From contig JAHDYR010000019.1 in NCBI GenBank assembly GCA_019828565.1, positions 179,984 through 243,983 on the forward strand: 64,000 nucleotides of DNA. The letters are read 5' to 3'. Below are positions 1 to 11,500 of this stretch, in pieces. The stretch's first letter is position 1; the number at the start of each line of letters is the position of its first letter. The stretch is from Carpediemonas membranifera BICM. Its lineage: Eukaryota > Protista > Fornicata. The notes beneath the pieces are model-generated. The model searched no databases. It was not told the origin of the DNA and worked only from the letters and a program-made list of their open reading frames with translations. A program made the position numbers and the translations under genes.

Positions 1-165
1 CTGTAAGATACGGATAAACACACGGGATGAGGTCGGCTGGAGACTACCACTGTGGGCTAGGGCGACAGCGGTAGGGGGCTAGTATACAGACTAGATGGGT
101 GATGGGAGAGCTGTACATCTCATTTATGGTTCATATAACACTTTCGGACGACCAGAACAGACGAC

Positions 166-876
166 ATGGTGAACTTCATCTCGCCCTCTATCCTGTCTAG
201 CGACTTCGCCAATCTTGCTGAGGAGTGCTATAATGTTCTCAACGCCGGTGGCGACCGCCTTCACGTCGATGTTATGGTTTGTCCCTTTGATTCTCCAATA
301 CTCACCTAGGACGGCCATTTTGTCCCTAACCTCACACTTGGAGCGCCCATTCTGAAGTCTCTCGTCAAGCGGATGAAGGAGAAGTATGCCACGAACGCGT
401 ACTACGACTGCCACCTCATGGTCGCCGAGCCCGAGAAGTGGGTCAAGGACTTCGCCGCAGCCGGCGCTTCCATGTTCACCTTCCACATTGAGGCCACTAA
501 GGACCCCGTGGCCCTTATTCAGACGATCCGTGGGCACGGCATGGCTGTCGGTGTGTCCATCAAGCCCGGCACCCCGCTCTCCGTTACGGCTGGCTTCGGC
601 AAGACCGACATCCTCTCCATGGTTGACCTTGCCCTCGTCATGACTGTTGAGCCCGGGTTCGGTGGCCAGTCATTCATGGGTGACATGCTCGACAAAGTCC
701 GCGAGATCCGAAAGCGTTACCCCGACCTCGAGATCCAGGTCGACGGCGGCGTCTCCGTAGACACCATCAAGCAGTGCGCTGAAGCTGGTGCCAACAACTT
801 TGTGGCTGGTACTGCCATCTTCAAGGCCGAGGACTGGGCTGCGACCATCGCCGAGATGAAGGCTCTCGCTAAGTAG
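166..876 (+). CDS. RPE: Ribulose-phosphate 3-epimerase (intron 277-309)
   Basis: Spliced [20 protein letters not shown]...LHVDVM|[11 protein letters not shown]...DCHLMV...[12 protein letters not shown]...VDGG; 33-nt GTTTGT...CTCACCTAG intron. Confidence 0.95.
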
Positions 877-1019
877 ATCTTGATGTTTAAAAGTTTATTA
901 CTGCTGCGCTCGATTGCTCGGCTGACGAATCGCTCTTCCAGATGGTCGCGATTGGTACCGATTTGATGGCGTCAAGCAGCAGCGATTGCAAACGCTCTTG
1001 TCGAATCGAACTTACGGCC

Positions 1020-1766
1020 ATGGCGCGAACGTTCAAGGAATGGATTCGCTTCCTCGTGTTTTGGATTGATTTTGGCTTCCACTACCAGGTTTTGGCAACG
1101 GTGCTTTGCATTGCGCTCCTTCCTTTCCGTGGGGCTCGGAAAGCAACAATTGCGACACACAAGATCATCTTTAGCTGCTATTGGCCACAACTCACAGTTG
1201 TGAACGGTACTTTGGATGATTTCGAGAAGTTTGAAGGTGTCGTCGCAAGTTGCCACAAGGGCTTCTTCGATTTCTGCATCGGTGGCATGTACTCGAGTGC
1301 TTTCGTCGGCCGCATGCTCGCCGCCATCTGCGTCCCGTTCAACTCCGTCCTCACCTTCCTCGGCAGTGGCATGTACCTAGTCATCCGCCGCGGTAAGTTC
1401 CAGGAGGACCCGAACGCCCTCGTCAACAAGGTCAAGAAGTTCCTCGAGGACTATCCCAGGCTCCTGGTGTTCCCTGAAGGCCATAGGTTCCAGCAGCGCG
1501 GCCTTCTCCGGCTGAGGACCGGGTTCATCAGGATTTGCTACGGTCTGGGCGTCCCAGTGATGGTTGCCCCCATGGAGGGCAGCCAGAACATCATCAACGA
1601 AAAGACACTCACTATTCGCCGCGGGATGCCGCTCGTTCTTGTGCACGGTGGCGTGGTGAGCCCGGAAGACTATGATGACTGGAAGCCTTTCTATGAGGAG
1701 TTCAAAACCAGGTTCGAGAGGGCCTACGACGAGGCCTGCAGAGTCTACGATGAGCTCACGGCCTAA
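1020..1766 (+). CDS. PlsC/AGPAT-family acyltransferase
   Basis: HxxxxD motif (CHKGFFD), FPEGHR motif, LRTGF, N-terminal hydrophobic segment. Confidence 0.85.
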   Translation: MARTFKEWIRFLVFWIDFGFHYQVLATVLCIALLPFRGARKATIATHKIIFSCYWPQLTVVNGTLDDFEKFEGVVASCHKGFFDFCIGGMYSSAFVGRMLAAICVPFNSVLTFLGSGMYLVIRRGKFQEDPNALVNKVKKFLEDYPRLLVFPEGHRFQQRGLLRLRTGFIRICYGLGVPVMVAPMEGSQNIINEKTLTIRRGMPLVLVHGGVVSPEDYDDWKPFYEEFKTRFERAYDEACRVYDELTA

Positions 1767-2000
1767 ATCGGCAGGCGGCGACTTATATTTTTAAACGAGT
1801 GTTGAGGCTTGCCCAGAGGATGAAAGCGTTGCAAGAGCTGGCAGGAGAGGACGATAGTCGCAAGGTCGGCTGAACACTCGGGTAGAGCTGGTGCGATGGT
1901 GCGTGTACGTAGCCGGGTATGTATTCGTGTATACTGATTGTCACAGGGCGGCGACTGTAGATGAGTCAAGCGACGGAATTCGGGAAATTCTCAGCAGGCA

Positions 2001-2433
2001 ATGGGCCATGTGTTCGGAAACATTGGCATTGGAGCAGGTGCGTTGATACCATTCGTATACCCGGCGTACCGGACTCTGAAAACCATTGAATCGAAGAACT
2101 CAAACGAATTGGCGAAATGTGCACGCTACTGGGTTTGTTTATCATCAGAATGTTACCTAGATGAACTATACTGCTATTAGTGGCGCTCTTGAGGCTTCTA
2201 GACTGTTCATTAACTGGAAGCCGGCTTCGCTTTCGTGGATAAGAATGGGGACGGCCATCTGGCTTCTCAGGAACAACTTTGAGGCATCTGAGCGGGCTTA
2301 CAGCACATACCTGGGCCCTGCTATGGATAGGATGCGTCTCGATGACAGGGCTGAGACTCTGCGTGCCACGAGCATTGGGTCCGTCAAGTTGACAGCACAT
2401 ACACTGCAGAGCCAGCTGGGGCACGTGTTGTGA
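2001..2433 (+). CDS. TB2/DP1/HVA22 (REEP/Yop1) ER-shaping protein (intron 2133-2160)
   Basis: Exon 1 MGHVFG...FVYPAYRTLKTIESK...LAKCARYW joined by a 28-nt GTTTGT...TTACCTAG intron to ORF 2161-2433; YPAY...YW is the HVA22 signature. Confidence 0.75.
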
Positions 2434-2661
2434 TCGATAGATGATGCATAGCAGCAGTAATATCACTTTAAAACGGATTATCGTCTAAACAGGTCGAGGG
2501 TGCTTTGCGGTCCTCAAAAATTTTGTTCCAACCAATCTTGCTAGTTGATTGCCATACAACTACAGACAGGCATCGTATGCCCTCACGCCGAACGAAATTG
2601 GTGGTATCAGTTTAGACCATTTTTGCAAAAAACCTCTTTTGTTCCTTTGTGCTCGACATCG

Positions 2662-3118
2662 ATGAACGGCCGCGTCCAGAGTTTTGGCAAGAAGGTTTGT
2701 GCTCATATGCACTTGTTTTACGTAGAAGACCGCCATTGCTGTCGCTCAAATCACTCCCGGCCAGGGCCAGATCCGTGTGAACGGTTTCGCTCTTGATACC
2801 GTCCAGCCCGAGGCTCTTCGCTTCAAGCTGTACGATCCTATCCACATCCTCGGCAAGGAGCGCTTCGCCGGCCTTGACATCCGCATCAAGGTCTCTGGTG
2901 GTGGCCAGGTCTCCCAGGTCTACGCCATCCGCCAGGCCATCTCCCGTGGCATCGTTGCTTACTACCACAAGTTCGTCGATGAGGCCGCCAAGCAGGAGCT
3001 TAAGGATATGCTCGTTGACTTCGACCGTACTCTTCTTGTTTCCGATCCTCGCCGCAAGGAGGCTAAGAAGTTCGACCGCAAGGGTGCTCGTGCCCGCTAC
3101 CAGAAGTCGTACAGATAA
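2662..3118 (+). CDS. RPS16: 40S ribosomal protein S16 (uS9) (intron 2695-2725)
   Basis: [11 protein letters not shown]|KTAIAVA...[15 protein letters not shown]...[10 protein letters not shown]...[10 protein letters not shown]. Confidence 0.97.
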
Positions 3119-3734
3119 ACGGTATCCGCGTGAATAGAGTGAGTGAGGTTGGAGAGGCTGTCTCCTCTTCAGAGCATGAAGACAACAATGACCAAATCAA
3201 GGGACAATGTCTGTCGGCTTCTCACGTTAATTGCTTTGCTAGTGTTCTCTTTAGCGTCATCGCACACTCGCAAAACCTTAGCGGACTCGTAAGGCGCATC
3301 ATGCCATCTGAAGGGGTGTCGCCAGATTTATGCAGAGAAGCCTCTTAACGGATTTACCCACCCGAGGCCGTAATGTGCATATGCTCCCAAATGGCTGGCT
3401 TGATGCGCAAGCCGTAACTGCAACCTTCTCATGGGTCGTCTTTGGTCTTCTGCCTCGACAAAATTGAAAATGGCAGCAGAGTAGTTTAAGGTCGCATAGA
3501 GGACGAAGCACTGCTATAAATGGTGTCCACGCAATGATTATGCCCTGACACTTCGAGCCGAGGATGATTCAGTCAAATGATTGGTTGCTCGCACCCGAAT
3601 CAAACTCTTGTTTCAAGACAACATACAAAACCCAGCCTTTAAGTTGATACACGCGCCTCTTCGTGATATGAGTCAAAGATCACAGTGAATTCGGCCATGA
3701 CCTTATCGTGCGAGTCGTCGAGTCGTCTCCACAG

Positions 3735-5513
3735 ATGTTCAGCCGTATTCTCTGCGCTCTTCTCCTTATTGGAGTTGTTACCTGCGCTAATAACCGGTTT
3801 GCATCGGTAGTTATCGGTCACGATGATACCGATTTCTCGATTAAGCACACCTTCAACAAGGATGCTACCGCCTTCGGAAACGTCATCGATGGTGTCTCCG
3901 AGGAAGGTTTTAGAAGACTTCACATCGACACATCTTCTTCCGAGAAGCCTGTCCGTGTCGCCTATGCCGCTGGCGTGCTCGAGGGCTATCTTACCGCTCA
4001 GAGCATCTATGAGAACTACATGAACTCCTTTGACTCCAACCAGTATCTGTTCAACAACACCGTGTGCCCCCCCATGCAGACGTACATGAACACCAACTAC
4101 AACTTCCTCTCCACATACCCCAAGGAGCATCTCAAGGACCCTTACTGGAACCGTGTTTACCTCGCGATGGTTCAGATGGAGGGCATCGTCGACGGCTACA
4201 ACGAAGGCCGTGGCTCCAACCCTAAGCTGTCTTCCATTGACATCTTCCGCCTGAACATGATTGGCGAGTGCGACGACCTCGAAGGCGTTCTCTGCCCCGC
4301 CACGGCAGCACTCAAGGACATCGATACCCGCATGCACTGCACCGGCGCCGTCCGCATGCTGCCCGACAAGAGCGATATCTTCATGTCCCACGACACCTGG
4401 TCCGGCTACAGCACGATGAACCGCGTGATGAAGGACTACCGCCTCAACCTCGGCACCCCCTCCAACGCCGTCTCCTTCTCCTCCTACCCTGGCATGACAT
4501 ACTCTACCGACGACTTCTACATCACCGAGCAGCTGACAGTCATTGAGACGACCTTCCATGTCTGGAACACGTCTCTTTACGACTATCTCGACGCCGCCAC
4601 CACTGTGCCCACCTTCATCCGCGCGCAGGTCGCCAACTCTCTCGCCACCAATGGTGCTGAGTGGGCTGAGATCTTCAAGCGCCGCAACTCTGGCACGTAC
4701 AACAACCAGTGGCTCGTGCTCGACCTAAAGCACTTCGAGGCCGGTCACTCCCTCATGCCCTGGACTGTCACCCGCCTCGAGCAGATGCCCGGCCCCTATG
4801 TCGTCTACGAGGACGCCACTGCCGAGCTCGAGCAGGTCGGCTGGATCGCTTCGATCAACGCCCCCGCCATTAAGTACATCCAGGACGTCTCGGGCTACTC
4901 GACCCTGCCTCCCGCCCAGGCGAACTACTTCGCGTACAAGACACAGGCCCGCTGGGACATCTTCTCCCACGAGATGGATGACGTGACCTCTTATGACCTC
5001 TTTAAGAAGTTCATGCGCCACAACTCTTGGAAGACCGACACCTACGCTCGCGGTGACCCCGGAGGGTCTATTGCTTCCCGCTACGACCTTCGCCCTGCCC
5101 CCGTTGCCGGCCACGTTGCCGCCCCCTTCGGCTGCACTGACTCGAAGACGACCCGCGTCGGCCACTTCAAGACCCGCACCTTCGACGTTGTCGTCGGCCC
5201 CACCACCGACGGCGACCTGCCCCACTGGGTGTACTCGACGGCCAAGTGGGACGTCCCCCACCGCGGCATCCCCGATGACATGAGCGTCTTCGACTACGTG
5301 GCCTTCGACGGCACTGGCCCCTACGCCCCTACTGCCCTCCGCTGGTACATGATCGTCGCTGGCGTCCTTGTTCTTGTCGCATTCACTCTCTTGATGTGTG
5401 CCGCTTGCGGTGTTCTCGTTGGGTCAACCACTGCTTGGGCCATCTGGCACAAGAAGCGCGGATCGAGCGCGGCTGATCTGGAGTACCAGCCCATCGACAT
5501 GGAAGAGGATTAA
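3735..5513 (+). CDS. Phospholipase B-like (PLBD) lysosomal Ntn-hydrolase with C-terminal TM helix
   Basis: Signal peptide, HC-TG autocatalytic Cys, FSSYPG...STDDFY, NSGTYNNQW, IASRYDL; TM helix and YQPI (YxxPhi) tail. Confidence 0.9.
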   Translation: MFSRILCALLLIGVVTCANNRFASVVIGHDDTDFSIKHTFNKDATAFGNVIDGVSEEGFRRLHIDTSSSEKPVRVAYAAGVLEGYLTAQSIYENYMNSFDSNQYLFNNTVCPPMQTYMNTNYNFLSTYPKEHLKDPYWNRVYLAMVQMEGIVDGYNEGRGSNPKLSSIDIFRLNMIGECDDLEGVLCPATAALKDIDTRMHCTGAVRMLPDKSDIFMSHDTWSGYSTMNRVMKDYRLNLGTPSNAVSFSSYPGMTYSTDDFYITEQLTVIETTFHVWNTSLYDYLDAATTVPTFIRAQVANSLATNGAEWAEIFKRRNSGTYNNQWLVLDLKHFEAGHSLMPWTVTRLEQMPGPYVVYEDATAELEQVGWIASINAPAIKYIQDVSGYSTLPPAQANYFAYKTQARWDIFSHEMDDVTSYDLFKKFMRHNSWKTDTYARGDPGGSIASRYDLRPAPVAGHVAAPFGCTDSKTTRVGHFKTRTFDVVVGPTTDGDLPHWVYSTAKWDVPHRGIPDDMSVFDYVAFDGTGPYAPTALRWYMIVAGVLVLVAFTLLMCAACGVLVGSTTAWAIWHKKRGSSAADLEYQPIDMEED

Positions 5514-5616
5514 ACTTTAACAACAGTACAAACGCCACTTCCCTGTAAGTAACGACCAAAGTGCAGGTTAAGTTTTTTTTGCGCTGAAAAGCGAAGAATC
5601 ACTGTATCATAAGAGG

Positions 5617-5829
5617 ATGAACGCTCAGCAAACAGGACTCCTTCTGAAGCAACAACTCACACAAAATGAACGGTTAAAGCTTCAGTGTGAAGCCTCAAAG
5701 CGGATTATGAAGGTCAGCGAGGCTGCTGAGGTGTTGATAACGTATATAACCGGAAAAGAGGATCCTCTTCTCACTCCTGGAGATTCCTCGAACCCATTTT
5801 CGCCCAAGGGTGGATGCTTCTGCCTTTAG
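5617..5829 (+). CDS. Heterotrimeric G-protein gamma subunit
   Basis: 70 aa, N-terminal coiled coil, KVSEAA...DPLL...NPF, C-terminal CaaX (CFCL). Confidence 0.9.
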   Translation: MNAQQTGLLLKQQLTQNERLKLQCEASKRIMKVSEAAEVLITYITGKEDPLLTPGDSSNPFSPKGGCFCL

Positions 5830-6137
5830 ACCTTTTCCCCGTTTTTTTGCGCTTTGGCGCATATCCATAGACATATTTGTAGATAAACCGACTTCTGTCG
5901 AGACGAGCACGCCAGTGCGCTGGTTTTATGTGCCATTCTCAACTAGGAAAGCTGTTCGCATCCCAGAATCTCGAGATCTAGATTGAGAGAATCACATAAG
6001 AAGGATACCACTCTCAGCGCCGGTAAAGTGGCACTGAACAGGAGACCGGACCCAGCATGGAGAAGTACAAGGCTTTGTCACCGGCGGCGCTGGGTTGACG
6101 GTTCGCGACTCTCTTTATTCAAACGCGATTGATCGGC

Positions 6138-6824
6138 ATGAGCGTTGCAGAGAACCTCGCGGCTATTCTGGACAGCATACATGCTGTCGCATCGGAATGT
6201 GGTAACGATAAGGTCGAGCTTGTGGCCGTATCCAAGCTCAAGCCCGTTTCTATGCTCAAAGAAGCATTCGAAGCTGGACAACGGCTATTCGGCGAGAACT
6301 ATGTACAGGAAATGCTTGAAAAGGCGGCAGAAGTTCCTGAGGCGCAGTTCCGTTTCATTGGCCACCTTCAGTCTGGCAAGGCGAAGCAAGTCGTCCAACC
6401 GAAGAACGTCATCGCTATCGACACAGTAGACTCGCTTAAGCTTGCGAAGAAGCTCGACAACGCCTGTTCGGCCATTGGGAGAACGATCGGAGTGATGCTG
6501 CAGGTGAACACCAGTGGCGAGGAGAGCAAGTCGGGCGTGGCGCCGGCGGACGCCAAGCAGTTCTATGAAGACGTCAAGGCACAGTGCTCGCACCTGAACA
6601 TCGAGGGATTCATGACTATCGGCTCACCAGAGGATTCCCTGAAGCCCGAGCCCGAGGCCTTCCGTGTTCTCGCAGGGATCCGCGACTCGGTCGACCCAAC
6701 CCTAGCACTGTCTATGGGCATGTCCAGCGACTACGAGGCGGCCATCCGCATGGGGACGAGCTATGTCCGGGTAGGCTCGGCCATTTTTGGGGCCAGGCCA
6801 TTTGCTGGGTCTGTGCCAAAGTGA
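6138..6824 (+). CDS. PLPBP: PLP homeostasis protein (YggS/PROSC)
   Basis: LVAVSK, FGENYVQE, FIGHLQS, QVNTSGEESKSG, LSMGMSSDYE, VRVGSAIFG. Confidence 0.95.
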   Translation: MSVAENLAAILDSIHAVASECGNDKVELVAVSKLKPVSMLKEAFEAGQRLFGENYVQEMLEKAAEVPEAQFRFIGHLQSGKAKQVVQPKNVIAIDTVDSLKLAKKLDNACSAIGRTIGVMLQVNTSGEESKSGVAPADAKQFYEDVKAQCSHLNIEGFMTIGSPEDSLKPEPEAFRVLAGIRDSVDPTLALSMGMSSDYEAAIRMGTSYVRVGSAIFGARPFAGSVPK

Positions 6825-7535
6825 GCGGTGTGGGTTGTAAATGTGGCCGTTAAGGGAAATTCTGTGGGTGTTTGTTGGCTTTGTAGTGGCGTGGCGAGTT
6901 GGTGAAGAATGGAGATTTAGACTTATGAGACGGAATGTGCATTGCTGACAGCATGTGACGGGGCTTGTAGTGGTGGGTTAAACACGATTGAAGCGGTTGC
7001 TGACTTGACTTGGGTGGGAAGCTGGAAAGACGATTGATGACACAAGTGGTGACTTGGTTGACAGTGCTGTCAGCCTGATAATGTGAACTCACGTGGTCTG
7101 GATCCACAGACGACATATGGCGACGGCATCTATTGTCTCCGGAAATCACTGCGAATACCGGATGGAAGATGAAACAGTCAATGATAGCACCCAGGCTCAA
7201 CCAGACTCAACCTACAGAAGCCTAGAGTGTGAATGCACGAACAGTGAGGTTGCACTTGACCTTGTCCATGAACCCTGTACTCGATCATTTGACAATGAAG
7301 TAGCGTAGCTGCCCCATTGCCCCACCAGACAGTCAGGACAGCCGGGGCGAGCTAGGAATCAATGACCCGCATGCAAACTGAGTTTTCCCGGATGAATTCA
7401 GTTGAACCGTGGTTTCTTCGAAGAACGTCGACACGGCAATCGCCTAATCTACGACCTGAGAGCATCACTTTTTTATGGCATAAAAAAATGTCCAGGACAA
7501 GCTTCTTAGCGTCCTATTACGCAACAAAGACACAA

Positions 7536-8336
7536 ATGCCCCCGCTAAAGGGCATTTTGAAGACTACAGATTCTGTAGCTTCCTCTTCTTCAGCTGGACC
7601 TAAAGGCATGAGATTCAAGGATGACGCACAGGGCGAGGTTGCGTGTGATGTTCACATGTACGAGATGACTGACGAGGAATGGACCGCGCAATTCGGGAAA
7701 CCTGCTTCTCAGCGTCATGCGAAGCATGCAACGAAGGGCCAGCTTAAAGCAGCCGATGCCGCCGGGGAGCGCATTTCGCGGCAGTCTGCCGCCGAGCAGC
7801 ACATGAACGAATTCCTCAAATTAGCCAAGCGCCTTAAGAGCGCACGCCTGGAATCTGTCTGGCCGACTGAGCTGCCGACCATTCAGGGTGCACTTCCGAT
7901 GCCGTTCAATCTAAAGCCCGGCGAAGCCTCTAGTGCAAGTAAGATACTCGTGCCTGCAGGCAATAAAGAGGTCATTCCCGGTACGACCGCCACGATCGAT
8001 CTCGGTCAGCAGAAGCAGGCAGTCCAGGCGGGAATAGACGCAGTGAAGAAGGCGCTGCAGGACGCCGCCTCGGCCGCGAGCCAGCCCAAGCCTGCAAGTA
8101 GGTTTAGCGCCGTAACACGGGGGCCGCCCATTCACCAGTACAACCGCCCCCAGCAACCCCCGGCACGGACTCAGAGCCACCAACACAGGGACGCTCCGTA
8201 CACATCCAGGCCCCAGGCTGGATATAGCAGGCAGGGGCACCAGCCGGTAGGACGCAGGGGTGACTATCGAGGGGGGAGCAGGGGAGGGTCAGCATATGGT
8301 GCCCGTGACCAAAGGTATTATGGCGGCTACCGCTGA
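7536..8336 (+). CDS. Hypothetical protein with GILK motif and RGG tail (possible PP1 regulator); start uncertain (ORF open from 7362)
   Basis: Long ORF; KGILK, KGMRFKD...VHMYE, C-terminal RGG/Y-rich low-complexity region. Confidence 0.55.
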   Translation: MPPLKGILKTTDSVASSSSAGPKGMRFKDDAQGEVACDVHMYEMTDEEWTAQFGKPASQRHAKHATKGQLKAADAAGERISRQSAAEQHMNEFLKLAKRLKSARLESVWPTELPTIQGALPMPFNLKPGEASSASKILVPAGNKEVIPGTTATIDLGQQKQAVQAGIDAVKKALQDAASAASQPKPASRFSAVTRGPPIHQYNRPQQPPARTQSHQHRDAPYTSRPQAGYSRQGHQPVGRRGDYRGGSRGGSAYGARDQRYYGGYR

Positions 8337-8501
8337 GCTGAGGGAGTTATAAAATCGATTCTGGAAAAGCACCGAGGTGATACTTTTTTATTTACCGGTG
8401 ATGCGAGGGTGTACTTACGACTATGCAGCCTAGATACATCTTGATGACGTGCTTTGACGTCCGTTGATCGCGAGGTCGGTGCACTTTAACCGAGAAAAAC
8501 T

Positions 8502-11500
8502 ATGGCGTCGCCTCCTGCCACAACGGCGGTGCTAAATGCCATTTCTACAATAAGGCGCAACGTTCCAAACAGTGGAAAGTGGCACGATGCCGTCAAAATT
8601 TGCCAAAGTTCGTTTCTTCCTCCACACGTTACCCAGGTGCTATTGACGACGCCGCGAAAGAGAATGTGGAGAACTTTATGGACTCTGTCTCTTCAGATGT
8701 GTATTATGACCCTTTTAGGCACGCTTTATCAAACACAAAGACACGACTCTTGGCGATCAACACCATTTCCAAGCTCGCCTCGAGCCACTACCTAAGCAAC
8801 CGGATGTACCCTGACGGCATGCCAGAGGACGGGACTATCCAGAAGTCCCTCGTGGAGGACGCAGTTTCCTCCATTTACGACGTCCTCCAGCAACCGCCCC
8901 ACTCGAACGAGATCAAGGACGCAGGCGTCACCGCCCTGAGCACGCTGGTCACCGAGACCACGGAAGTCCACGGCGAGCCCCTCCGTCTGGTGATGCAGTG
9001 CTTCTTCGCCCTCCACGCAGGATCGACCCAGGGCCTCAAGGACCGCACGGCGACTGCCCTGCACCAGGTTATGGCAGTGCTGTTCTCGCGACTCGAAGCG
9101 AGCAAGAACGAGGACGAGGCTAAGGTCCTAGCCGCAGATGCCGCCCGGATGTACACGGGGCTGTGCAACAAGGCGAAGATCCCCCCGAATATGGACCCGC
9201 GTTCTCCCAGAGGCCGCAGGGACCGCGAGTCTCGCATCCTTGCCTTCCAGCTGCTCAACACCTCCCTGTCCAACGCCGGTGCTGTCTTCTCTGAGAACAC
9301 TATGGCCATCGAGGCGACCCAGCGCGTGCTCGTTACTGTCTTGCTCGAAGCCCTTCAGTTCACGGACCACAGCGACGAGCTCTTCTTCACCGCTATGGAG
9401 ACGCTCTACCGCACCTTCACCATCTTCCAGGCCCACCTCAAAAACGAGTGCGGCGCCCTCCTCTCGTGGGTTCTCAAGGGGCTCCAGGCCGACTTCGACT
9501 GCAAGCTCACCAGACGCATGTCGGTTCTCCGATTCATCATCGAGCTTTCCAAGGAGCCAGCCAATATCATCGCAATCTTTCTGAACTATGACTGTGACCC
9601 GACGCAGCCACACATCCTTTCAGAGCTGCTCGTGGCCAGACTGGGGCCCATCATCGGTGGGGACGTTGGTACCAGACTCGGCGTGAGCGCGTCAGAGTGC
9701 AGCCTCCTCCAGATGTCCGGAACCAGCGCCATGCTCGCGATCCTCGACGCCCTCGAGCGTTGGAGTGCCCAGCCCCCGGTCCCCAGCGGGAGCACGGATA
9801 TCGGCCGGCTCGAGGAGACAAGGGCGCACAAGGACTCGCTCGAAAAGGCCATTGACCTCTTCAACAAGAAGCCCAAGAAGGGCGTCGCTCGCTTTGTCGA
9901 GCTCGGAATCATGCCTGACACTCCTGAAGCCATCGCCCGCTTTATCCTGCACGAGTCGCGACTGTCCAAACTGGCGATCGGCGACCTCCTCGGTGAACAC
10001 GAAGATTACTACAAGAAGATCATGTACGAGTTTGTCGACCTCATCGACATGAAGGGCATCCGCTTCCTCCCCGCTCTCCGCCTCCTCCTCAGCACCTTCA
10101 TCCTCCCCGGCGAGCCACAGAAGATCGACCGTATCGCCGAGAAGTTCGGCGACCGCTATGTGGCCCAGAACCCTGCACTCGAGTTCAAGTTCGGGGACAC
10201 TGTGTACGGCCTCGCCATGGCGACGATCCTGCTGAACTCGGACCAGCACAACCCCTCGAACCCCCGCCGCATGAATCTGCAGGACTTTATCAAGAACACG
10301 GGGTACATTGACGCGCAGCATGAGATGACACCAAGGATCCTCACCGAGATCTTCGAGGAGATCGGCCGCGAGCCCATCATGGCGGACCCGACCATCTGCG
10401 GCCCCATCGCCGACAAAACCCCGGCGGAGATCAAGGACGAGCAGATCAAGCTCGCCCGTGGTCTCATCGGACGTCTGCGGACCCAGAAGAACGAGGCCGA
10501 ATACATTGTCCCGAAGTGGCGCGACTACGGGCACTTCGTCTTCGGATCGTGCGGCTGGAGCATCCTGGCGTCGCTCTCGATCACACTGGAGACTGCAGAC
10601 GACTTCCACCTCGTCCAGAGCCTTCTCAAGTGCTTCAAGTCTGCTGTTCACATCGCCTCGGCCCACCACATGGGCATGTTCTGTGAGGTCTTCGTCTCAG
10701 CCTTGGCGAAATTCACACACTTGGTCTCAGTAGACCATATCTCCCCCAAGAACATCGAAGTCATCCGCGTTCTGTGCGAGCTTGCCCAGACCAATGCCAA
10801 TGACCTCGGGGGGTCCTGGACCGATGTCCTCCGCTGCCTCAGCGAGCTCGAGCGCCTGCAGATGATCGGCACTGGCCCTGATATCCGAAGCGGCCCCACG
10901 ACGCTCGGGCCCGATACCAACACCGAGATGACCAACGTGCGCTCTGTCACACAGTTCCTAGACCGCTCCATGGTCGACCGCGTCTTCCTTGGCTCTGTCC
11001 AGCTCCACGAAGAAGCGCTAGTCCACTTCCTCTCCGTCCTCTGCTCCATCGGGGCCGCCGAGCTCGGGGTTGACGACGGCAGGCACCGGTTCACACTCCA
11101 GAAGGTAGTGGAGGTCGTCTCTGTCAACATGGATCGTGAGCTCTCCAAGTTCGCCTTCATCCGGTTGTGGAAGTCCATGGGCGGCCTCTTTGTCGACGTC
11201 GGCGCCTCCTCGTCCCTCGAGCTGGCCATGTACGCCGTCGACTCCCTCCGCCAGCTCGCATCCAAGTTCCTTCGTAAGTTCGCAGAAGTCGACGAGTTCG
11301 CCTCGATGCGATTCCAGGTGCGCTTCCTCGAGCCGTTCCGTGACATCGTGCGGCGTACAGATCATCCAGAGGTAGTCGAGTTCGCCCTACGCTGCGTCCA
11401 GCAGTTCATCCACACCGAGGGCGTCACGAACATCAGATCGGGATGGACCCCGATATTTGAGATTCTGACATCATCAATACAGTATGACACAAGCCGCTCG

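Noticed and set aside
7093-7308. Short intergenic ORFs (7093-7308, 3130-3348, 36239-36439, 14853-15089)
   Set aside because: No recognisable motifs and no host-like codon bias; cannot be supported.
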